DNA from: an uncultured bacterium
Lineage (GTDB): Bacteria > Omnitrophota > Omnitrophia > Omnitrophales > Aquincolibacteriaceae
Direction: 5' to 3'
Assembly: GCA_964482725.1 (NCBI GenBank)
Contig: CAYZYT010000010.1
Span: 15,794 to 79,793 of the forward strand
DNA: 64,000 nucleotides
Positions 18,159 through 31,100 of this stretch are shown here, piece by piece. The notes below the pieces were generated by a model that was not told the origin of the DNA, did no database searches, and worked only from the letters and a program-made list of their open reading frames with translations. The stretch's first letter is position 1; every line of letters starts with the position of its first letter. The translations under genes were made by a program, and so were the position numbers.

Positions 18159-18191
18159 AGGCGCTACCTTTCCTAGGATAGCGCCTTTTTT
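18159..18191 (+). terminator. Intrinsic terminator
   Basis: AGGCGCTA..CCT / AGG..TAGCGCCT hairpin followed by a T-tract. Confidence 0.75.
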
Positions 18192-18234
18192 GCACTCAGA
18201 TCATTTTTAGGTCTCTGAAGAATAAGAAAAAACG

Positions 18235-19002
18235 ATGGATGGCTTAATGAAAAATGCCCTTATTGTCGGTTCCAGCAGCGGGATCGGACGCGCCTTAGCG
18301 AAGAAACTGTCCTCGGAAGGTTATCTTGTCGCTCTGACCGGTCGGTCGCTTGAAAGATTGCAGCAACTTCAAAAGGAGCTCCCCGGGGAAAGCCTTGTTC
18401 GGGAGATCGATGTCCGTGACACTCACGAGACGATTCACAGCCTTCGGAATATGATCATGGCTTTGCAGGATCTGGATCTCATGATTATTAATGCCGGAGT
18501 GCTTTCTCATAATGAGGCGTTGCAGTGGAATCTGGAAGAGGAGATGATCAAGGTGAACGCACTTGGTTTTGCCGCCGCAGCCAACGTGGCTTCGGATTAT
18601 TTCTTGCAGAAAGGCTCCGGTTGCATCGTTGGGATCTCCTCGGTGGCTTCTCACCGAGGGAGCGGTCGTTCTCCGGCTTACAACGCCTCCAAGGCTTTTG
18701 TTTCCAATTACATGGAGGGCTTGCGTCAGAAATTTTCAGCTACGGCTATCCGGGTGGTGGATATCCGCCCCGGCTTTGTGGACACGGATATGGTGCGCGG
18801 CCGCAAAGGGCTCTTGGGGATCATTTCTCCGGAACGCGCGGCAGAGGATATTTACAAAGCCATTCAAAAAGGGAAAAGGATCGCTTATGTACCGTCCTGG
18901 TGGGGGATCGTCATGTGGTTCTTTAAGCGACTTCCGGAATCCTTCTATCACTGGGGCTATCGTTGTTATCTTTCCTGGGATAAAAAAACGCCGGCGGCCT
19001 GA
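18235..19002 (+). CDS. SDR family oxidoreductase
   Basis: GSSSGIG, NAG, catalytic S...YNASK, RPGFVDT. Confidence 0.92.
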   Translation: MDGLMKNALIVGSSSGIGRALAKKLSSEGYLVALTGRSLERLQQLQKELPGESLVREIDVRDTHETIHSLRNMIMALQDLDLMIINAGVLSHNEALQWNLEEEMIKVNALGFAAAANVASDYFLQKGSGCIVGISSVASHRGSGRSPAYNASKAFVSNYMEGLRQKFSATAIRVVDIRPGFVDTDMVRGRKGLLGIISPERAAEDIYKAIQKGKRIAYVPSWWGIVMWFFKRLPESFYHWGYRCYLSWDKKTPAA

Positions 19003-19004
19003 TC

Positions 19005-19541
19005 GTGAGAAAATTAAGCCATCCAGAGCTTTGGGTTCGCCAGCAAGCCCTGAAAAAAGAACCGAGGCTTCCCTTCTGCGTTGTCTTGAACGATATCCGT
19101 AGTCTTTACAATGTAGGTTCTGTTTTCAGGACGGCCGATGGCGCCGGAGTGGAAAAAATATGGATCTGTGGCATTACGGGGCACCCCCCGGATACCCAGA
19201 TCTCCAAGACCGCACTGGGTGCTGAGAGGGAAGTCCCTTGGGAATACCGGCGGGATGCCCGTGACGTCTTGTGTGAGCTGAAAACCCGAGGTTATCAGCT
19301 CGTTTTTCTGGAGCAGCTTACCGAAAGTATTCCGTATCAGGATTATTGTCCCTCGGGGCCTGTGGCTCTTGTCCTTGGTAATGAGGTCGTTGGGGTTTCC
19401 GAAGGACTCATTTCTCTCTGTGATGAGACTCTTGAGATCGAAATGGCCGGTGCGAAGAATTCTCTCAACGTGAGCGTCGCGTTCGGCGTGATCGCGTATC
19501 ATTTCCGTCATTGTCTTAAGATGAGAAAGCCGGTGCCATGA
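19005..19541 (+). CDS. SpoU/TrmH family RNA methyltransferase
   Basis: IRSLYNVGSVFRTAD, LVLGNEVVG, NSLNVSVA. Confidence 0.9.
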   Translation: MRKLSHPELWVRQQALKKEPRLPFCVVLNDIRSLYNVGSVFRTADGAGVEKIWICGITGHPPDTQISKTALGAEREVPWEYRRDARDVLCELKTRGYQLVFLEQLTESIPYQDYCPSGPVALVLGNEVVGVSEGLISLCDETLEIEMAGAKNSLNVSVAFGVIAYHFRHCLKMRKPVP

Positions 19542-19816
19542 GTGAACAACGAATGCAGATTTTTTTTAGTGGCACGGTCCAGGGCGTGGGATTTCGATTT
19601 ACCTCAGAGAGGCTTGCCCGACGTTTTCCGGTGACGGGATTTGTTAGAAATCTCGAAGACGGGCGTGTCGAAGTGACCGCGGAAGGTGAGGAGGCGTGCT
19701 TGGTGGCATATCTTACGGCGATCCGGGAATCCGGTATGAAAAGGTATGTTCGAGATGTTGAGGCGCGATGGTCTGTAGCGCAGGGATGCTTTAAAGGTTT
19801 CTCGGTCGCTTATTGA
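19538..19816 (+). CDS. acyP: Acylphosphatase
   Basis: G.VQGVGFR, GFVRNL.DGRVE. Confidence 0.92.
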   Translation: MSEQRMQIFFSGTVQGVGFRFTSERLARRFPVTGFVRNLEDGRVEVTAEGEEACLVAYLTAIRESGMKRYVRDVEARWSVAQGCFKGFSVAY

Positions 19817-19853
19817 CTACGCCAAAGAGGACGTGAAAAGGGAGTAAGGATTT

Positions 19854-20570
19854 ATGCGTTACGCCGTTTTCGCTGATATCCACGGAAATCTGGAAGCACT
19901 TGAGAAAGCGTTGGAATGCGCGAGAAAACGCCAGCTTTCAAAGTTCATGATTCTGGGAGATTCCCTCGGCTATGGAGCGAACCCGAACGAGTGTCTGGAG
20001 TGGTCGCTTGAGAATGCCGGACTTCATGTGTTGGGAAACCATGAAGCGGCGATCCTTCACGACAAGATCCGAGAGAAATTCACATCCTGGGCGCGCGAAG
20101 CCATCGAGTGGACCCTGGAGCGCCTAAGGCCTGAGCTCATCGCCAGGATCCGGGAACTTACTTATCTTCAAGCGGTTGGGAATGTTACCTTGGCCCATGG
20201 CACTTTGCACAGTCCCGAGGCATTCCACTACCTCTTTGACGAAAGCGATGCGTATAAATCATTCCTAGCTCTTCGGACCTCTTTTGGTTTTGTCGGCCAC
20301 AGCCACGTTCCGTGTTTTTTTGCGGAGAAAGAGGGCTCGGGCGGTCCTCTAAAGGAAGGTGTCCTGAAGCTTCGGAAGAATGAACGCTATCTCCTGAATC
20401 CCGGAAGTATCGGCCAGCCTCGGGATCGGGATCCCCGGCTGTCGTTCGGTATTTTTGATGAAAGTGAATTAACGTTTGAAATCGTGCGCCTGCCTTATGA
20501 TAATAAGAAGGCTGCGGAGAAGATCTTGGCCGAAGGTTTGCCGGAATCGCTGGCTTATCGACTGCTTTAA
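19854..20570 (+). CDS. Calcineurin-like metallophosphoesterase
   Basis: DIHGN, GD, GNHE, HG, GHSH, NPGSIGQPRD. Confidence 0.92.
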   Translation: MRYAVFADIHGNLEALEKALECARKRQLSKFMILGDSLGYGANPNECLEWSLENAGLHVLGNHEAAILHDKIREKFTSWAREAIEWTLERLRPELIARIRELTYLQAVGNVTLAHGTLHSPEAFHYLFDESDAYKSFLALRTSFGFVGHSHVPCFFAEKEGSGGPLKEGVLKLRKNERYLLNPGSIGQPRDRDPRLSFGIFDESELTFEIVRLPYDNKKAAEKILAEGLPESLAYRLL

Positions 20571-22673
<2,103 letters not shown>

Positions 22674-22906
22674 GAAAGAATCGGGCGAAAATCGTTCGGA
22701 AGGTCCAACGATTCTTCCCAAAGGAGATCCCTTTTGCTATCATTCAGCCTGTCATTCCCGAGGAGGGGGCGTAGGTTCGCTCCAAGAACAGAAATTTTTT
22801 CAATGTCTAAGTCTTTGGGGAAAACCTTTCACGCTGATTCCTCGGACGCAGGTGAATCCGTCCTTGATGCGGGTCCTTCTCAGAAAGCTCTAAAGGGGTA
22901 GTCGTC

Positions 22907-24868
22907 ATGGCGTTGCAGTCCAAAGAGTCGATCGTGTCGCGAATGACGGAGGCCTTTCTATTCTCCGGGGCCCTTGGGTTCGCTTTCGCGATCTGTGTTC
23001 CGTGGATGCCTGATTTTTCAGTGACAGGTTTGGATCCGTCCTGGCGTTTATCACTCCACTATTTTTATGAGCACGGGTACGTTTACGGGAAAGATATCAT
23101 TTTCACCTACGGACCTTACGGGTTTATCAGCACCTACACGTATTATCCGGCCACTTACCGGATCCTGGTTTTCGCGTACCTTTTTTTTGCCGCCGTTTAC
23201 ACCGCAGCCGGTTGGGATATTCTCAGGAACGTGATCCGACATAAAGGGTTGCTGTTTCTCGCGATCCTTGCGGCGACTCTTTTTTTGGCGCCTGCCCCCA
23301 ATAATAATGGCACGGGAGATACCTTCTTTTATCCTGCAGGAATCCTTTTTTTTGTGTCCTATCTTATGGAGAGAGACAAGCCTTGCGGGATGAGAAACTT
23401 TTTTCTTGTCGGGGTTCTGGCGGCGGCCAGCTTGATGAAATATAGCTTCTTCATAGGGTCGGTCGGTCTTCTTTCCTTTGTCAGTTTGGACGGAATGCTT
23501 TTCAAGAAAAAAGCCCCTTTTTTGTTCCTCCTCTATGGGGGAATTCTCGCAGGTCTTTGGGTTCTCGCGAAACAACCGCTGGCAGCTTTGGGACCTTTCC
23601 TTCTCGCGGAGGCGAATTTGGCACATTATTACGGCGCCACGATGAGCTATCCTTTGACGGTCTATTACTCCCGATTTGTTTTTTATATAGTTATCTTCGT
23701 GATGTTCCTTGCGGTTTTTTTAATCGCCCAGTGGCGGCGGACGGGTCGCCAGGCCCTTTTACCGTCATTGACTTTGGCCGCCATGGGGTTCTTGATCTTT
23801 CGCGCCGCATTCACCCGTCCCGACCACTCGGGTGTCGCGATGAGTTATGTAGCGATTTTAGGAATCTATTTGGTTCCTTTTTTAAATCAGGCGCTGAAAA
23901 CGAAGTGGTGGAAGTTTTGTTTGGCGCTTCTTCTGACGCTGGCCTTAACGCTTGGCTACACTTATGGCCTGAAGCCCCTTGACCCGTCTTTTTTAAAATT
24001 CACGACGAGGATAGGGCGCTCTATTGCCAAAATGCCGCACTACGTATTCGTGGAGTCGCGGTTTTCGGCCCAGCCCAAAGACCTTCAGGAAATTTATGGA
24101 ATCATCGGGAACGCTGTCAGGCAACTCAATCCTGTCCCGCAGCTTTATGGAACGGTGGACATTTATCCGACGGATAGTACCGGGCTGATCGCGAAGGGCC
24201 TTCAGTATAAACCAAGGCCAGTTTTTCAGAGTTATTCCGCCTATTCACCATTCTTGAGCAAAAAGAACGCGGATTTTTTGAAAAGCCCTAATGCCCCAGA
24301 ATTCCTTGCGCTGGGTTCGAATATAACGGATGACGGCAAGCCTTTTGCGGTCCGCTATCCCACGTTGGATGATAGTCTTTCTTTCCCCGAGATCAGGAGC
24401 CGCTATGAGTATGTCTCTGTTTTTCGAGGGAACGCCTTATTGAAAAAAGCGCGTTTTCCGCGGCCTTATTTTTTTCAGCCCATCGGAAAAATCACGGCGG
24501 AGTTCGGTGAGCCTGTTTCCGTTCCGCGTTTTGATCAAGGTCCGATATGGGTCGAAATGGATATCGGGTCGACTTGGCGCGGGAAAATGTTTGAATTCTT
24601 GGGCAGAGCGGGGAGGACCGAGATTATCGTCAAGGCTCGCAATGGGATGGCTTATACTTACACGCTGCCTCCTGCGATGTCTCAAACCGGGTTTTTGCTT
24701 TCGCCCGTACTGGATAATGCCGTCGGATTTATAGCTTTTTGGACGCGTCATGAAGATCCCGTCCTTTTTCATAAAGAGGTTGTTGAATTGAAACTCGAGG
24801 TCCCTGCTGCTTTCAAAGGCTTTTTTGAGCCCCAGTTTGAAGTCCGCTTTTTTGAACTCCGGGAGTGA
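22907..24868 (+). CDS. Polytopic membrane protein with C-terminal soluble domain (possible GT-C-type glycosyltransferase)
   Basis: About 10 hydrophobic segments; first loop GLDPSW...G.DIIFTYGPYG; PRPVFQSYSAY in the soluble part. The function is inferred. Confidence 0.7.
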   Translation: MALQSKESIVSRMTEAFLFSGALGFAFAICVPWMPDFSVTGLDPSWRLSLHYFYEHGYVYGKDIIFTYGPYGFISTYTYYPATYRILVFAYLFFAAVYTAAGWDILRNVIRHKGLLFLAILAATLFLAPAPNNNGTGDTFFYPAGILFFVSYLMERDKPCGMRNFFLVGVLAAASLMKYSFFIGSVGLLSFVSLDGMLFKKKAPFLFLLYGGILAGLWVLAKQPLAALGPFLLAEANLAHYYGATMSYPLTVYYSRFVFYIVIFVMFLAVFLIAQWRRTGRQALLPSLTLAAMGFLIFRAAFTRPDHSGVAMSYVAILGIYLVPFLNQALKTKWWKFCLALLLTLALTLGYTYGLKPLDPSFLKFTTRIGRSIAKMPHYVFVESRFSAQPKDLQEIYGIIGNAVRQLNPVPQLYGTVDIYPTDSTGLIAKGLQYKPRPVFQSYSAYSPFLSKKNADFLKSPNAPEFLALGSNITDDGKPFAVRYPTLDDSLSFPEIRSRYEYVSVFRGNALLKKARFPRPYFFQPIGKITAEFGEPVSVPRFDQGPIWVEMDIGSTWRGKMFEFLGRAGRTEIIVKARNGMAYTYTLPPAMSQTGFLLSPVLDNAVGFIAFWTRHEDPVLFHKEVVELKLEVPAAFKGFFEPQFEVRFFELRE

Positions 24869-25108
24869 AAAGTTTCTTACGTCCGAGAACCCTGCATCTC
24901 TCTATACAGAAGTCTCTTAGCCTGGAATGCAGCATAGCTATTTAGCGGGCTTTCCTATTTGACTTAGCCTTTCTCCTTAGATGCTGTCATTTGTTGAAAT
25001 CACGGCGCTTTATGAAATACTAATGATTGTTTATGCTATAAAAAGCTATATGTTATGATATGCATTGCTACATGTTGCTTTTTTTGATAAAAAAATTATA
25101 AGGAGCTA

Positions 25109-25137
25109 TTGATTTATGGCTATTTGTATAGTATGAT
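25109..25137 (+). promoter_or_regulatory. Probable promoter of the giant adhesin gene
   Basis: TTGATT-17 bp-TATGAT within an AT-rich ~280-bp intergenic region. Confidence 0.5.
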
Positions 25138-25146
25138 TCTATTGGG

Positions 25147-28100
25147 ATGGAAAATATGAAAATGGAAAATGATTTAGACCAACTATGGGAAAGCAGTGAC
25201 GTGGAACGTGGGATGTGGGATGGGCCACAAGCCACAAGTCACAAGGCACACGGCATTTTTATGCTGAGCCGTTGTCAACCTGCCAGGTCGAATGGGCCAA
25301 TTCGACCTGGCAGGTTGACAAAGGTGACGGCACTGGTCACGGTGTTCGCATTCGTATGGTCGATGTGCATCACGCCGGTGATGGCGGAGACGGTCAATCT
25401 TGAAGGCGGTTCGGTGGATGTCAATATCCAGGACAACACGACGAACTGGAATGTGCAGGGCAATCCGGTGTGGAACGTCCCCGAATTCAATGTCCCTCAG
25501 GGAAGCACTTATAACATCGCGGGGCTTGGTCAAGGATCCAGCCTGGCGCTTCTTGTGAACGGCGGCAATGCTTCAAACATTTTTGGTACCATGAATTTAT
25601 CCAATCTTGCTTTTATCCTGCAGAATATCGCAGGGATTAATATCGGTGCTACCGGCCTGATCAATCTCGACAGAGCGTCTCTTCTCGCCTCAACGCTTCC
25701 TCTGAATCTCGATGCGACGCAATTCCTCGCGCAAGACTATCAGTTCAACGGCAAGGGGGGCTTCTTGATGAACGAAGGGAAGATCATCGGGAATCATGCG
25801 GACCTTGTGGCCTTGATCTCAAACGCTATCGAGAACCGGGGCGTGATCGATGTGCCGATGGGTACCGTGGCTCTGGCCACCGGCAGTATGGTCACCGTGG
25901 GTATCTCGGGCGATGGATTCGTGAGTATTGGGGTGGACGAATCCACGGCCAATGATATGGGGCTTTCCGATCAGATTCGGAACACAGGCACGATCTCAGC
26001 CGATGGCGGTCGTGTGATCCTGAGCGCCAAGGCCATGGACGGACTCTTTGAAAAGGCGATCAGTCTCGAGCAGGACGGGAGCGCTCTGTCGGCAGTCAAG
26101 GCCAACAACGGTTCCGTAGAGTTCGTCTCTTTCGACGATTTTTATAACAGCGGCAGCCTGAGCGCCACGAACGGCCATATCCTTGTCGATTCGAAAGGGA
26201 ATATCACCAACGAAGGGACCGTGAGCGCTCTCAGCGGAAGCGTTGAGATGACCGCGGGTCAGTCGGTCTACAACAAGAACCTGATCGAAGCTTTAGGCGG
26301 CAAGGTCGAGATCACGGCGAAAGAAGGCGGAGTGAAAAACACCGGAACGATCGACGCGACGGATGGTGTTCTGACCGTCAATGCGCGTGAAGATGTGATG
26401 AACGAGGCGCTCATGAAAGTCGTGAATGGGGAGATCAAGGCGACTTCGACCGAAGGGGCCATTATCAATGCCGGGACTCTGGATGCCGAGAAAGGGAGTA
26501 TTGAGTTAAATGCCGCGGGCACGATCGAAACTACCGGATCCTTAAAGGCTGAAACCTTCCGGGAACGGGGTGCGACATTTCGGCTGGGCGGTCATTACCA
26601 GGTTGGCGTTTCGTATCATGATAATCTGGACGGTGCGTTAAAGATGATCCCGACGCATACAGGGACGAGTCTCAGCGGTACGATCACGGATGCCGGAGAC
26701 GTTATCGTGGAAGCCGGTACGGCCGTGACGCTTACAGGCCATACCACCATTATCGCTGACGATGATGTGAACGGTTTTGGGTTTTTCGAAATGCTCTCAG
26801 GCTCGAGTATCGCGGGCGGCGGTTTTAACCTGAGTATCACGGCAGGGGACAGGACCGGCGGGACGGCCACGGAGAACCGGCTTGGCTCGATTAGCAACAT
26901 CGGGATTCTTTCCCTGAATGCTTCCGCCGGGGGAACACCGACCTATCTTTCGGATCCTACGGCTGCGATATGGACCGGCATCACGGACTTCCGGATCAGT
27001 AGCGGTAAACTCAACCGCTTTACGGGTACCGGTTCTTTGGCCACTCCCTACGTGATTTACGATGTCTATGGCCTTCAGGGGATGCAAGGATTCCGTGATT
27101 CAGGGATCTATTTTCAGCTTGATGACAGTATCGACGCATCTTCCACCCTAGGGTGGAATGGGGGGCTCGGTTTTGATCCGGTGGGAAGTAGCACCGCCTC
27201 CACCGAGAACGCTCCGACCGATCCATTCATGGGTACGCTGAATGGCCGGAATTTTATCATCACGGGACTTAAGATCAATCGTCCGTCCGAGAACTTTGTG
27301 GGGCTATTCGGGGCAACGAAGGACGCCACCATCAAGAACCTCGGGCTTGGCGGGGGTAGCGTGGTTGGGGGTGATAATGTCGGCAGTCTTGTCGGCTACA
27401 ATTTCAACACCAGTGTCGCCGATTTTTATGCCTCGACCAGTGTCAGCGGGGGGAATTATGTCGGCGGTCTGGTGGGGTTAAATTCCGGATGGTCGATTAT
27501 CACTAATTCCTATGTCTCCGGGGATGTTGCGGGTACGGGAGACCGTGCCGGAGGCTTCGCGGGGCGGAACTACCAAGCCACCATCACGAACAGCTTTGCT
27601 ACGGGCGTGGTGACGGGGGGAGGGGCCTACCGCGGCGGTTTTATCGGAGAAGACACCAGCAGCATCTATGCGAACAACTGGTGGTGGAAAGAAACAGCCG
27701 AGGGTGGGCACAATTATGGATTGTTAGACACTGGAAATAACGGCGATATTTCCGACACCAAGATCGCCGTGGAAGATACGCTAGCTGACTTTTACTCCTC
27801 CGCTCATCCGGTGTATGTTTCGAGCACCACAGAAGGTTGGGATTTTGACGTTGAATGGTTGACCAGTGCCGGGGATTTGCCGACATTTGGCATCAATCCG
27901 AACACTTATCTATGGACCGGTACGGGATCCTGGTCGGACCCCATGAACTGGAATAAGAGCGCTGTCCCAGGTGAGGGAGACGTTGCGGGTTTTAATGGCA
28001 CAAGCATCGCGAACTCGAATATCGATGACGCCTTTGGCGGGACTCTTGCCAGGATCAGGATCAAGGTTGACTATACAGGGACGATCACTCAGGACAGGTC

Positions 28101-31100
28101 GCTCGCGATCACCGGCAATTATATTCAGGAGGGAGGTATCTTCCGGTCGGATCCCATCGCCCAGCCCGTTTTTTCCGCAACGAATTTTTATCTTCCCGGA
28201 GGCAAATTCAACCGTTTCACGGGGACCGGTACTTCGGGCGATCCCTACATGATCCACGATATCTATGGTCTTCAGGGGATGAAAGGATTTGTGGCTTCGG
28301 GGACCTATTTGGAACTTGCCAATGATATTAATGCTTCACCCGCTGAACGCTGGAATTATAAAGGTTCGGGGGATGCGGGCGATTCAGCAAATTATTTCGG
28401 CTTCGATCCCATTGGAAATCGAGAAGGTAATTTCTCTGGTGTTTTCGACGGCGCTTTTCACAAGATCACCGGCCTTGCGATCAATCGTCCGGGGACTTCG
28501 AATGTCGGTCTCTTTGGCAGGGCGAACAACGGCAATGTCCATAATGTCGGTCTTGTTGGGGGGAGCGTCATCGGAGCCAGCAGTGTCGGTGGTCTTATCG
28601 GCTACAACTATCAAAGTGTTGTCGCCAACAGCTATTCGACCCTCAATGTCACCGGGACGGAATGGGTCGGCGGCCTTGTGGGCACGAATGATAAAAATTC
28701 GAGTATCACCCGAAGTTATGCCACAGGGAATGTCACTAATACGGGGAATACCCGCGGGGCCGGTGGCCTCGTGGGCTATAACTATGATTTGAGTGCAATT
28801 ACAAATTCCTATGCCACGGGCCGGGTCAGCGGTTATACCGATGTCGGAGGTCTCGTGGGGGCCAATGAAAACATGGTGGCTTCCTTCACATGCCTTGCTT
28901 ACAGCTACTCTACGGGGCAGGTGCTTTATCGCGGTTTGGCGAGCTATGCCGGCGGTCTGGTCGGCTGGTTTGCTTCCGGGCTTGCAACGAAAAATTATTG
29001 GGACACTACAACCTCAGGGATGTCCAATAGCTCCGGGGTGGAGAAGTTACCAGACGGCGTAACGGTGATTCCCGGTTATGTCGAAGGCAAAACCACAGCC
29101 CAGATGCAACAGATGACGACGTTTTCCGGATGGAATCCCGGAATCTGGGGGCTTAAGGCGGGAGTTTCTTATCCGGAACTCTCTTTGTACCACACGCGGT
29201 GGACCGGCGCCGGCAGTGACAGTAATTGGTCAACACCGGAGAATTGGAGCAATAACATAGTCCCGGACGCGAATACCCTTGTTTTTTTTAATGATATTGG
29301 TTCCGCGAAGGCTTCTACCATTGACGCCGGTTTTTCGGGAAGCGTCGGGTATTTAGGCATCGGCTCGGGCTACGGAAGTACCATCGACAGCACCATCACA
29401 CAGAATCGAACGCTTACAACAGGCGATTTTTCGCAATCAGAAGGGAATTTTATAGGCGGAGACTCCATCAATCTCCACGGTTTTGTGCTTCAAGGCGGCA
29501 GTTTTACAGCACCGACGACCCTTAACCTGACAGGGGGTTGGTCGAAATCCGGCGGCACATTCCTATCGAATAGCGGAACGGTCAATATCAACGGTACCGG
29601 TTCTCAATGGCTTACCTCCGGAGGTTCGAGCTTTAATGTATTGACGATCAACCGGACCGGTACTTTGCAGTTGCAGGATGCTCTGACCGTCGCCGATCAG
29701 CTGACGGTAACTTCCGGGACGCTGGACGTGAATAGTAAGAATTTGAGCCAAGGGGGGGATTGGTCTTTTACGAATCTTCTCAATGTGGGGAATGTCACTC
29801 TCACGGGTGATGGGAAAACGATCACTTCCGGCGGGACCTCATTTCCGCTTCTTACCACCCTAACGATCTCAGGGAATTATTCGCTGGTTGATGCGATGAC
29901 CATACGGAATGCTCTGAATGTGACGGGCACTCTCGATGCCGCGACTCTCGCCATGACATTTGAGAGAAATGTCAACATCGCGAATGTTACGAGAGTCGGT
30001 GCTACCACAGCTTCGGGGTTGGGGTATACGATCACCTCGAGTGGACAGCCGTTCGCAAGCCTCAGGATCTCGGGGACTTATACGTTGTCGCCGTCGGATC
30101 CGATCACCGTGACGGGAGATCTCGCCACCCAGGGAACCGGGACACTCAATGCCGCGGGCAATGCTATCACCGAAGGTGGAAATTGGCTTTTTACAGGACT
30201 GTCTGGTCTCGGGGCCGTGACGCTGACAGGTTCCGGCAAAACGATCACGACTCCTGATCCTTTGATCAACCAGTTCAACGACCTCACGATTTCGGGGACT
30301 TATGCTTTGGCTGGGGATGTGGATATCACAAAAAATGGTATCCATATTAACGGCACATTAAGCGTGCCGGGAGGAACCTTGAACGCCAATAGCAGGAACA
30401 TGACGGTCGCCGGCAGTTTTGATCTTACGAATATCTCGAATGCCGGTAATGTGGTGCTCGATGGTTCTTCAGGGGTGATCACTCCTGCCGGGAAATCGCT
30501 TACGAGCCTTTCGATATCGTCGGGGGCTTATTCCCTTCTGGGTCCGCTCTCCGTGGGTAGCTTAGGCGTGGCGGGGAGTTTGAATGTGATGAGCAACACC
30601 ATCACGACTTGGGGAGGGATTGATCTTACGAATATCTCAGGTATTCAAACTCTTTTATTGACCGGGACCGGTTCACTTACTTCCGGGTCCCGCGTCATCC
30701 AAGACCTTTCGATCTCAGGGACTTATTCGCTTGCGAGCGCGCTTTCTGTGAATGGTGTGTTGAGTTTTTCGGGGGCAGGGGCCCTGGATGCTTTGTCGAA
30801 TACGATGACGTTCGCCCAGAGCCTTGATCTTACGAATATCACGAATGCCAGGGATGTGGTGCTTACCGGCTCGGGCTCGATCACATCGTCGACAGGCAAG
30901 GAAATGCGTAATCTGACAATCGCGTCGGGGCTGGGGGTTTACACCTTGGAGGATGCGCTTCATGTGAATAATGCCCTCGATGTCTCCGGAGGGAAACTCG
31001 ACGCGGATGGTTTCGCCATGACGATCGCGGGTGATCTGGATCTTGCGAATATCTCGAATGCTGCTTCTGTGACGCTCGATGGAACGACCGGTTCTCTTAC

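Noticed and set aside
25010-25045. Possible dif site (TAA-tgattgt-TTATG) in the AT-rich region
   Set aside because: The spacer is 7 bp, the XerD arm matches poorly, and gene orientation does not switch.
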